From Camelus dromedarius (taxonomy: Eukaryota), in NCBI RefSeq assembly GCF_036321535.1, contig NC_087468.1, positions 15,066,001 to 15,130,000 on the forward strand: DNA of 64,000 nucleotides. The letters run 5' to 3'. Of this stretch, positions 13,401 through 22,117 are shown in pieces (within the stretch, counting starts at the first letter, position 1; each line of letters starts with the position of its first letter). The notes under the pieces are model-generated. The model saw nothing but the letters and a program-made list of their open reading frames with translations, was not told where the DNA came from and searched no databases. The position numbers were made by a program, and so were the translations under genes.

Positions 13401-16400
13401 TATTCCCTCTGTAAATACTGTCCATAACCATAATCATTTTAATCTCAATTTTCATAGGCCTGTAAAACTTAAGAAAGTGGCATAAGTAGTGTTTCAAACA
13501 CTCTGTGAACAGCCAGCTTTCCTTAGTAAACAGAGTATTCAACTCTATTAACGGCACAGCGACTTGTTGAACAGGAAAAATTAATAATTCCAACAGTAAT
13601 CAAAGCCCAAGAGGATATTTCCACACTCCCCACTTAAGTACAGGGACTCCTGGCGCAGGTCACAAACCAGAGCCCACGGATGGGACCTGCTGACCATTCT
13701 GGGCACATCACCCAAAAGTAGGCGGGAGCTGGTATACATCTTGGGATCCACTGTCCTACATGAGGCCCAATTCACATCCCTGCTCCGAAGTGTGGAAGGG
13801 TAACTTATTTCACAAAAATGCTTCCACTCCAATTGAAAAGTAGTCATATTTCCTCAGTCCTAACTAAAAGCAGACATGATAAGTAGGCTGCAGACCACGA
13901 GCCACAGTTATGAATCGTGACCCCCTCACTCAGTTTCCCAAAGGGAAAGGAGCCTCTCAGTGCCCCAGGAACTGAGACTCTTCCCTGACCTGCGTGGGGC
14001 AGAGCCTCAGGAGCCCTGGGGCAGCTCCCAGGAGAACTAGTTGCAAACCAACCCTCTTGGACACACACCGTGATATCCTCCAGCGAGGAGTCAATGATCT
14101 CATAGTTGTCTGGGAGGCAGTAAAACTTGAGGGTGTGGAGGTTGAGGAAGACATGGTGACTAAACTGGACACTGTGAATGTAGGCATGAGACTTCAAACC
14201 GCGGCCTGGAGGGAGAGACGAAAGGCTGTAAGAGAAGGGCGGACTCTGGACGCGCACAGATCAGGTGTGATTTTCCTTTCATTATTCTCTACTGGACCAT
14301 GTTAATATCAGCAAAAAACAAATTACTACACCATCCGTAAAGTCAGCCTCCCACATGACCTCCTCTCATCACAAAAGTTAGCAAAAAAGAAGAGACCATT
14401 GTTTTCTTCCCCAGATGGCATAAGACAGGGGAACTGATTTCGTACACATGAGTATGAAAAATATCTGAGTGCTTATGGATGTCTGTATGTGTGTGTATAT
14501 ACAGACAGACCTAGCTTCACATACCATCAGGAATTAGGGATATCTATGAACGTACTACATATGGTACACACACGTACAGACATACAGATTTGCACATACG
14601 CACATGTACCTATCCCATGACAGTCCCTCATCACTTAGTCCTGATCTTCCAACTGCCCACATTCAGGATAATCCTGCTCCTACGTACCTTTGTTCATGTT
14701 GCCACTCTCTCCTAGAATATCTCACCCTTAACCTCTTCAAACTCTGTACATCCCGTCAGTACAAGTTCCACTGCCAACCACTCCGTGAACTCAACACAAA
14801 CACTCCAGCTCACGTTTGACCTCTGCATATTTCAGCTCCTATTGTCCTTATTTATACTCAGTGCCACACGGTCTAGCAATAATCTTTGTGATCTTAAGAG
14901 AGTTTGCTGATTGTTTTATGTGTTACTCTTGACTATTTACAAGATCCTTGTAAGAGCAAAGAATGTAGCTTACATTTCTTTTGTATTCTCCACTACACTG
15001 TGCACGTATCATCTTCTTGATCTGAATGAACTGAAATGATTAATTTCCAGAAAAGAACAGAATGTAAAAGTGCTTAGACAAAAGGATTCTCAGAAAAAGA
15101 CGTCAGTATAGAAAATATCAGAAATTCAAAAGCCCAGAGCCTTTGAGATTTCCTACACAGTCTTTCACATGGCTACTTCCCTCTCTCTTTCCTATGGATT
15201 CAGGTTCAGAGCAAACAGAGAACCTCCTGCGGATTTTCTAAGGGTATTCCAATTTCCCAGGATCAAAGGTATGGATTATTAAACACGACTCCTAACAGTA
15301 GCTTACTTTCTTTAACAACAACAGATCTCTGAGGCAGACCTGTAGCTAGCGCTGAAAACTGAGCAAGTTTGTAATGCAAAACATTTATTTACCCTGAAAG
15401 TACTTGCCACACACCAGACAGGCATATGCATTGATATGTGAGAGGGAGATGGAACACAGTTTCTCAAAGTCAAAGTCCAGCACACTCCTAAAAGAAGCAA
15501 AACAAAACAAGCAATTAATAGGGACGGACGCCTAGGCGAGCACCCGGGTGAAGCAGCATTGGCTGTGTTCCGCAGTGTCACGTAGTATCCCTTAGCGAAT
15601 GACTCCGATGCCATATGTAAACTGTGGAGAACCTTAACGATTCCTCACCTACACATTTCATATAGCACCCCCACCACCAAGTCCCAAAGGATGGCAAAGG
15701 TATCTCCATCAATGACCCTCTTTCTTTTTAGTATTTACAATCACTTGAGAATCTTCCATCACCTTCTCTGGAGGAAAAGCCACAAGTAAGACTCAAATAA
15801 CAGGGACCCAAGAGCATTCCAGGTTAAAGGACTGGGGGTGGAAGGACACAAAAAGAAAAATGTGTATTTGTCTGTAAAAATAAGTGGGAAGCCTGAAGAA
15901 TTTTAGGGGAATACTTGCAAACAGATCTGTCTATTTAAGTGCGAAGTAACTGAGAACTGGGCGGGTATAGTGATTAAAATAGAAAACTTAACCTCCACTG
16001 AATCCACAGGTTGCAAAGGGATTCCTTCTCCAATATTAACTCTAATTAATTAATAAGGTTCTACGAAAGCTGAACTGTTCATTAAAGGGGCCACTAGCTA
16101 CACATGGCTATTGATGTTTGTTTATTTGTTTTGAAATTTTATTTTTTTAATTGAAGTATAGTCAGTTTATAATGTTGTGTCAATTTGCTATTGGTGTTTA
16201 AATGCAAAGTAATTGAAATCAAATAAAATTTAAAATTCAGTTCCTCAAGCTACATTTCAAGTGCTCAGTAGTCACTAGTAGCTTGTGTCTCCGACAAAGG
16301 GCAGCCTTAAGGAGCAATTCCACTGTTGCAAAAAAGTCTATCAGACAGTGCTACCCTAGGGCATGAGTGAAAAATTAACCCGAGATACATCTGGGATCAT

Positions 16401-18596
16401 CTGGAAGAGGTAACCACCTCTGTTAGGACATATTTTTGACTGTTTCTTCTCTGCTGAATCCCAGGCATCTAGAACGGTACCTAGCACATAGCTGGTGCTC
16501 AGTAAATAAATACATTTGCTCTTGTCTTTGACACCACGTATCCCTTTATTCTCTCATACAAGTTCAAAATGAGCTGAACACTCTTTCTGCATATGCGCAC
16601 CCTAAAGAAACATAGCAAGAAGCACCATTTCCTGGGCAGAAAGCTTTTAAAGAGAGAAAGTTTTTGAATAGATTGTTTACCATACGATCCAAAGAACTTT
16701 CTTAACAGATTCCACTGTTCTTTTGCTGCCCTCGGCACCCCTGTGCTACTGACCTGTTAATGGTATCCAGGTACGGGCAGTGGCGGCTCCTCCGGTCCTC
16801 AGAATCCACGCGTCCATTCTTTGCTGAAAGGAAAATCATCCAAAGCTATGAAAATGGGAAACTCATTCTCAGCGTCAGCTACCAGTACAAACATTTCTGA
16901 TCAGAAACAGGAAAATCTAACCAGGATGAGCTCATGTGCAAGTAGCCTGACAACACCCCAAAAAAGCCCATTAATGGAACAAGCTGCAAACTGAGAGCAT
17001 ATACTTGAAACATATATAATCAACAAAGGAATTGCTTATAGGTTACATAAAGAAATCCGGTGAAGAGATTTAAAATAAGACAACCCAACGGAAAACAAGG
17101 AAGACAGCCCACAAACGTATGAAAAGATGCTCGACCTCATCAATAATCAAGAAAATGCAAATTTCCTTGCACAACGATACAGCACTTCACACCTACTAGA
17201 GAGGAAAAAATAAAATCAGGAAACTCCAAGAGTTGGCAAACATGTGGAGCAACAAGAATGCCCATGTACTGCTGCTGGGAATGCAAACTGTTACAATCTC
17301 TTAAAAGCAGTACTGCAAGATCAAAGCTGAAAATACATAGACCTTTTGACCCAGCAATCTCTCTTCTACTTATATACCCTAGAGAAATTTTGCACACATG
17401 CACCAGGAATGCTTTACTAAAAAATATCTGCAGCAGCAATATTTGAAAGAGACCAAGTTGAAAACAACCCAAATGCCTATCACATGTAAAATGGAGAAAT
17501 ATATTTTGGTATATCATCAATAGAACATTATGTTGCCATGAACATCTACTCAGATGAACCTCAAAAATACGGCTGGGAAAAAAAAAAGGGGGCAAATCAG
17601 AATACTACACATAGTATGATTCTATTTATATCAAAGACAAAATAAAACAGTTCTACTTTGGGATGCATATATGAGATAAAACCACAAATAATAAAAGTAG
17701 AAGTGACTAGAAAAAATTCAGAACAGTGAATACCTAAGCAAGGAAGGCAGATACAAGTCGGAAGGGGCCTACGGGAGCTTCTAAGGCATTGTTTAAGTAC
17801 CACTTCTTAAGCTGAACAGCGTCAGGAAGCAATTCTCCATAGGTCTCTTGTGTTCTGTACGTATTATGACCACAGGCACCAACTGCCTCCAGACAACCTT
17901 GTCAAGGATGCTTGTAGAGTTAACGGCCTTGGAAGACAGAGAGGGTATCTCCCTACAGAGCAAAGGGGAGGCAAGCTCACAAACCATTATAGAAGATTCA
18001 GGTTCTCTAAGCTCAAAGTTCCGGTCCTGTAAGGCCACCCACTGCGTCGGGGGTTCTCTTCCAGTTGCACTGTGGGAACTGACTCAAGGAATTGGCAACA
18101 ATGCTGTATTCTGGCTACTGTTATTGCTGAAATCAACTATCTCAAGAAAAGCTACTGTTGTTATTACTGTTCTTAGAGATACGATAGCTACGATTATTCC
18201 TAAGACTAGTACAGTTCTCACTGCAACGCAGTCGAGTCGCGTCGCTTGTGGAGTGGGACCACCCCGCGGTGAGAGGTTGGAAAGAGAAAAAGAACGCGAG
18301 AGTNNNNNNNNNNNNNNNNNNNNNNNNNNNNNNNNNNNNNNNNNNNNNNNNNNNNNNNNNNNNNNNNNNNNNNNNNNNNNNNNNNNNNNNNNNNNNNNNN
18401 NNNNNNNNNNNNNNNNNNNNNNNNNNNNNNNNNNNNNNNNNNNCTTCACGCGCACCGGGCTGCCCCGGGAGCTCGGCGCCTCAGTCTCCCGCTCCCGATC
18501 TCGCTCCCGCTTGACGCGAGCCGAGCTGCCCCGCGATTCGGACTCGCGCTTCCCACGGGTGGAACCACGAGACTCCCGCTTGGACCGGCCGGACAT
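1345..18596 (-). CDS. USP39: U4/U6.U5 tri-snRNP-associated protein 2 (USP39/SAD1), coding span of exons 1-10; 3' exons lie beyond window start
   Basis: Spliced translation [20 protein letters not shown]...[44 protein letters not shown]...[16 protein letters not shown]...[10 protein letters not shown] matches USP39 (ZnF-UBP plus inactive USP domain); all visible introns GT-AG with consistent phases. Confidence 0.97.
2370..4250 (+). mobile_element. Old L1 (L1M-type): probable 5'UTR, degraded ORF2 endonuclease-to-RT segment, and 3' tail
   Basis: ORF2-like ccaggacagaccacacgctagccc, aagaattaacaccaattcttc, gatgcaaaaatcctcaacaaaata; 3' tail tatgtgaattaaagctcaataaagctg. Confidence 0.8.
3075..3202. 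other. N gap (128 nt)
   Basis: Run of N inside L1. Confidence 0.99.
4461..4590 (-). mobile_element. tRNA-derived camelid-type SINE (Vic-1-like)
   Basis: rc ggggagggtatagctcaagtggtagggtgcatgcttagcatgcaggaggtcctaggttcaatcctc plus A-rich tail. Confidence 0.88.
5878..6066 (-). CDS. USP39: USP39 exon 9 (189 nt)
   Basis: ttccag|CCAGCAGAG...GAGAAG|gtagcc; [15 protein letters not shown]...AKFNGITEK. Confidence 0.95.
6369..6592. mobile_element. Tigger/MER2-family (Tc1-mariner) non-autonomous DNA transposon
   Basis: cagtcagcccttggtacc...gattggttccaagacc at left; aacccatgctgttcgaaggtcacctgt at right. Confidence 0.7.
6785..6852 (-). CDS. USP39: USP39 exon 8 (68 nt)
   Basis: gtacag|CTATTGTG...GATTTG|gtgagt; [22 protein letters not shown]. 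Confidence 0.94.
7944..8021 (-). CDS. USP39: USP39 exon 7 (78 nt)
   Basis: ttccag|GGGATGGAG...AAAAAGA|gtaagt; [25 protein letters not shown] (not in ORF track, read by hand). Confidence 0.93.
8300..8860 (+). mobile_element. L2 3' fragment
   Basis: cacctggaatgccc...ccactagaatgggagctcctgga; degraded. Confidence 0.55.
9288..9513 (-). CDS. USP39: USP39 exon 6 (226 nt)
   Basis: cgcag|GCTCTG...AAGCAAG|gtgaga; [16 protein letters not shown]...KTFQITKQ. Confidence 0.95.
10900..11600 (+). mobile_element. Old L1M 3' region (degraded)
   Basis: gttgctggtgggtttgtaaattgc; A-rich strand bias. Confidence 0.5.
11759..11847 (-). mobile_element. Tiny 5'-truncated L1 tail with A-rich tail
   Basis: rc ttgacacaacaatgtaaactgactataactcaataa... 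Confidence 0.75.
12354..12506 (-). CDS. USP39: USP39 exon 5 (153 nt)
   Basis: ttgcag|TATGTG...CTTCAG|gtagga; [11 protein letters not shown]...NDYANAVLQ. Confidence 0.95.
12580..12734 (-). mobile_element. tRNA-derived camelid-type SINE
   Basis: rc ggcagggtatagctcagtgtcagagtgcctgcttaacatgcacgagatcctggg. Confidence 0.88.
13225..13380 (+). mobile_element. tRNA-derived camelid-type SINE with TSD AAAGCTTGAATT (13210-13221 / 13380-13391)
   Basis: gggggagggtacagctcagtggtagagtgcatgcttagc; 12-bp TSD. Confidence 0.9.
14069..14205 (-). CDS. USP39: USP39 exon 4 (137 nt)
   Basis: ctccag|GCCGCGGT...ATCACG|gtgtgt; [45 protein letters not shown]. Confidence 0.95.
14620..15010 (+). mobile_element. L2 3' fragment
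   Basis: degraded L2 3' end motifs (aagatccttgtaagagcaaagaatgt). Confidence 0.45.
15393..15487 (-). CDS. USP39: USP39 exon 3 (95 nt)
   Basis: tag|GAGTGTGCTG...TTTCAGG|gtaaat; [31 protein letters not shown]. Confidence 0.95.
16070..16352. mobile_element. MER3-like hAT-Charlie MITE interrupted by a tiny L1 tail (16120-16186)
   Basis: gccactagctacacatggctattga...gctacatttcaagtgctc...ctatcagacagtgct. Confidence 0.75.
16754..16823 (-). CDS. USP39: USP39 exon 2 (70 nt)
   Basis: ttttcctttcag|CAAAGAATGG...ATTAACAG|gtcagt; (A)[22 protein letters not shown](R). Confidence 0.95.
16960..17800 (+). mobile_element. Old L1M ORF2 end plus 3'UTR
   Basis: tatgaaaagatgctcgacctc...gacccagcaatctctcttctac...aaacaacccaaatgcctatc. 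Confidence 0.8.
17820..18135 (+). mobile_element. LTR fragment, LTR40-like (ERVL class)
   Basis: gtcaggaagcaattctccataggtctc...ccttggaagacagagag...ttctctaagctcaaagttcc...tctggctactgttattgctg. Confidence 0.6.
18304..18443. other. N gap (140 nt) covering the USP39 exon 1 donor
   Basis: Run of N. Confidence 0.99.
18329..18596 (-). CDS. USP39: USP39 exon 1 (coding part); ATG at 18596-18594; 3' boundary falls in N gap and is estimated from recalled 268-nt orthologous length
   Basis: [51 protein letters not shown] visible 18596-18444. Confidence 0.85.
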
Positions 18597-19194
18597 CGCC
18601 GCTACCGGCCGAGCAGCCAGGCGCAGACTCCAGGTACGACCGAGCGCGCAGCAAGCAGCCAATCAGGAGCGGCGCAGTTATGGCGCCCAAGGCTCTCTAC
18701 GAGTCGCCGATGGGGACAAATCACGCAGCAGCGAACTGGGCAGTATTGCGCCTCTTGCGGTTTCTTTGCGGCTGCGTGAGCACCAAAGACGGATAGGCGG
18801 GCCTACTGCCTCTTTACCCAAATTTCCAGCTAACGAAAGCAGGAACCGTTTACTGACTGGAGAATTGCTGAATAAAAGAAGCTGTCATTGGGCCCCAGGT
18901 TTCTTCAAGATATTTTGTGCCCTGAAACCAGAATTGAGGGTCATCTCCACAGTCTCCGCGCTTCGGAGACTGACGCCCCTGCACAGATCTCGGCGACATC
19001 CCCAAATCATCCCTTTCGTGGAACAACCCGGCGGCTGTAATTCCACATTTAGAGGACTGTTCTTGGTATCACAGGAAAATGCAAACGACAGGCAAAGGGA
19101 GACCAGTGACGCTAATAAAGCTCAAGCTTCAGGGCCTGTAACTTTCAGGACCCTTTCCTCGACTCTGAACTACTTTGTACAGTTCTGCTGAGAT

Positions 19195-19545
19195 GTGGTT
19201 GCCGTCCAATATAGTGCACGTTGAAGTGTGCTGTTTGCTAAATACTGATGGAAGTATGTATGCACTACGAAACCATCATCACGATCAAGATTATGAACCT
19301 AACCACCATTCACCAAGTGTTCTGCTCTAACCATTGATCTGCTTTCATTGATCGCTACAGATCAGTGTCACTTTCTAGAGTTGTATATAAACGGAAGCAC
19401 ACAGCAAGTCCCCTTTCTTTGCCTGGCCTCTTTCACTCGGCGTATTTGTTTTGAGATTCATCCACGTTGCTGAGTATACAACAACTCGTTGCTTTTGATG
19501 CTCAGCGGTATTCTAGCGGATGCACCAGTCTGTCCCTGTTCTAAA
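19195..19545 (-). mobile_element. L1M 3'UTR fragment in the USP39/C2orf68 promoter spacer
   Basis: tctagagttgtatataaacggaagcacacag...ttgagattcatccacgttgc. Confidence 0.75.
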
Positions 19546-20245
19546 CACAAACTGCTAGTTTTATCTTTTCTTTTTTAAAGAGATTTTAAAAATGGCACAC
19601 GCTCAGGACCCCTGAAAAACCTGGGTCCTCCCACAGGGAGAGTTAGGACATCGGTCCGACGGGCGCCGAGGTGAACTGGGTGGCGAGACGCGCGCAGAGC
19701 TCCAGCGCTGGGCGGGCTGGAAGGGGCGTCCCCGCCACCTGGGGCGCGGGGTCCGGGGGCGGGCCGGGGCGCCGCTCTGTGCCCTGCGCAGGCACTCGCC
19801 TCCTCATCACCTCTTTGAAGGTGGGTGATCTCAATGCTCCCACTTACAAATGAGTAAACTGAGGCACAGCGGCGCTCAGGACTCAGCCAAGGTCACGCAG
19901 CTATTGATGGAAGTTTCACGGCAGCCCATCACAGGAAACAGGACGGGAAAGCTCCGCACCGAAGGCTGAGCGGTGTGATGGGTGCTTTGTGGTTTTCTGA
20001 ACTTTCGGATGTATCTAGTCCTGGTTTCCTATTGGTGTGTCACAAAGGAAAAGCCCTCCGGGAGAGTGCGAGTCGCGCACGGCGCAACCCCACTCGCAGC
20101 CCCCTGCCCGCGCCGGGAACCCCGCGCGCGCGGACGCTCGGCCCGGCCGGCCCTTCCCCGGCCGACGTCAGGGCGCGGGGCCGGAAGTCGAGCGCGGGGC
20201 GGTGCCGAGCGCTCTCGGCGGGAGAAGCGCCGTTGCAGCCGTTGA

Positions 20246-20284
<39 letters not shown>
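20246..20284 (+). repeat. (GGC)13 trinucleotide repeat upstream of C2orf68 ATG
   Basis: 39 uninterrupted nt counted directly. Confidence 0.95.
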
Positions 20285-20303
20285 TCCGCACCCAGGGCTC
20301 CAG

Positions 20304-20410
20304 ATGGAAGGGGCGCCAGGTCCCGGGCCGGGCCTCTGCTGCAAGCCCGGCGGGCGGCTCGACATGAGCCACGGCTTCCTGCACCACATCCGACGGAACC
20401 AGCTCGCTCG
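20304..20410 (+). CDS. C2orf68: C2orf68 exon 1 coding part (107 nt)
   Basis: cagATGG start; donor CG|gtaccg. Confidence 0.9.
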
Positions 20411-22117
20411 GTACCGCCCCGCCCCGNNNNNNNNNNNNNNNNNNNNNNNNNNNNNNNNNNNNNNNNNNNNNNNNNNNNNNNNNNNNNNNNNNNNNNNNNN
20501 NNNNNNNNNNNNNNNNNNNNNNNNNNNNNNNNNNNNNNNNNNNNNNNNNNNNNNNNNNNNNNNNNNNNNNNNNNNNNNNNNNNNNNGACCGGCAGGTGTA
20601 CCTGCCGCGCCACCGAGGTGAGGCCGCCCGCCCCGCCTGCCTCCTCGAGCCCCCGCGCTCCTCTGGCCCCAGGCCCTCTGCCTCGACGCACTCCTCTTTT
20701 CTATATGGAAAGAAACCCTTCTTATCCCCCAAGGCTCAGTTCATCTGGTCCCTTCCCGCAACATCCGCCTCGAGGCTCCCCATCGCCGCCCAGTTGATTC
20801 TCCCCGCAAAACAGGGAGGGTTCAAGTTAGGCATCGCTATTGCTGGACATACCTGGGAGTCTGCAAGAAGTGGTCTGCTGGTTTGCCCCACCATACTTTA
20901 TTTTCGTATTCTCACCACCTAACAGAAGAAAAAGTTTGGCACAGCACTAGGCAAACAAGACATAATTGTGGATTGAGGCCCAAACCCAGTTAATAGCCTT
21001 TTCCCCCAGCTTCCCTGCGACCCAGAGATTACAGTAGTTAAGATAGGAGACTAAATTTGTTGAGACTCCCTTAAAGCGTTGTTAGACGTTATGCACGTTA
21101 ATTCATTTACTTTCCAGAGGACTCCATAGCAAGGGAACTGTTTCACAGTCAGAAGAACAGGTACAGAGAGGTTTAGTAACTCATCTGAGATCTCTGAGAA
21201 GTAAATGGCAGAGCCTGGATTTGAACCGAGGGAGAGTGCTATCTGCCTCACCACTGTCTTCCAATGCTGTAGACAAATGTGTGTTGTGTGCCTACTGCGT
21301 GATAGGACTGTGCTGGTCCAGGGGCAGGACTCCTGATGGGCGGCACATTTCACACACACACATTCTGGGTGTGTAAGAAGATTGGGGCTTTCTTTACAGT
21401 GTGTGTTCCTGTATCATCTCTGGGCAGGGGCTCCAGCAGCCTTCCCCGCTTCCCTGTCACTCTGGTTCATCCTTCCAGATGGCTCTGTCCACCCAAGCAA
21501 CCCAGACTGTGAGGAGTCCGGTGAAAGCAGCAGTAGTGGCGGCTCTGAGCCAGAGCCTCCTGGCCATCAGCTCTTCTGCTTAGAATTCGAGGCAGACAGC
21601 GGAGACATCACGTCAGTTATCGTGTATCAGGTACGCCTGGTGGAAACAGCTCAGCCTGAAGGTCCTGGGCTGTGGTGGAAATCACTGCCAGACCCCGAGC
21701 CACTGTTTTCCTCAGGGCCGGTGGGAAGTGTCTGCTCCACATGGGAGCACAGACTGCTGGGCGATGCTTTTGAGCACCACTTGCTCCTGTGACACAGTGA
21801 TTCTCATCAGGCACCAGGGAGGGCTCATGGCCCCAGTTAAGAGTCACTATTACAGGGGACACCTGGGAAATGACAGGCACTGGCAAGAAGTTGTGAGTCA
21901 GACGGAGTTCTGTGAGAGTGTTGTCTAGGGACAGGGCTGGTCGCCTTTCCAGAACAGGCCCGGCCCTGAGCTTCCTGACTCTTCCTCCACGTAGGATGAT
22001 GACCCAGGAAAGGTGAGTGAGGAGGTATCAGCACACACGCCTCTGGATCCACCCATGCGAGAGGCCCTCAAGTTGCGCATCCAGGAGGAGATTGCAAAGC
22101 GCCAGAGCCGACACTGA
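20304..22117 (+). CDS. C2orf68: UPF0561 protein C2orf68 homolog, coding span (4 exons)
   Basis: MEGAPGPGPGLCCKPGGRLDMSHGFLHHIRRNQLAR...QVYLPRHR...LFCLEFEADSGDITSVIVYQ...PPMREALKLRIQEEIAKRQSRH* matches the orthologue. Confidence 0.93.
20427..20586. other. N gap (160 nt) covering most of C2orf68 exon 2
   Basis: Run of N. Confidence 0.99.
20499..20617 (+). CDS. C2orf68: C2orf68 exon 2; only 20587-20617 visible, 5' boundary estimated inside N gap
   Basis: DRQVYLPRHR then G|gtgagg donor. Confidence 0.75.
21479..21630 (+). CDS. C2orf68: C2orf68 exon 3 (152 nt)
   Basis: ccttccag|ATGGC...TATCAG|gtacgc; GSVHPSNPDCEESGESSSSGGSEPEPPGHQLFCLEFEADSGDITSVIVYQ. Confidence 0.93.
21995..22117 (+). CDS. C2orf68: C2orf68 exon 4 coding part (123 nt, stop TGA 22115-22117)
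   Basis: ccacgtag|GATGATGAC; DDDPGKVSEEVSAHTPLDPPMREALKLRIQEEIAKRQSRH*. Confidence 0.93.
   Translation, partial: DDDPGKVSEEVSAHTPLDPPMREALKLRIQEEIAKRQSRH

Larger units (their letters stand above)
18600..20300. promoter_or_regulatory. Divergent USP39 / C2orf68 promoter region, CpG island
   Basis: CpG-rich; CCAAT 18659-18663; CRE-like GACGTCA 20164-20170; ETS CCGGAAGT 20181-20188. Confidence 0.8.

Noticed and set aside
18597-18662. 22-codon in-frame TTG extension of USP39
   Set aside because: Start is non-ATG and overlaps the CCAAT box, so probably upstream of the TSS
17848-19191. 447-aa plus-strand ORF
   Set aside because: Non-ATG start, reads through an N gap, overlaps an LTR and the antisense of USP39 exon 1; no recognisable domain
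19975-20732. Poly-Arg, poly-Pro and poly-Ala ORFs in several frames
   Set aside because: Explained by the (GGC)13 tract and GC-rich promoter; only the C2orf68 frame is supported
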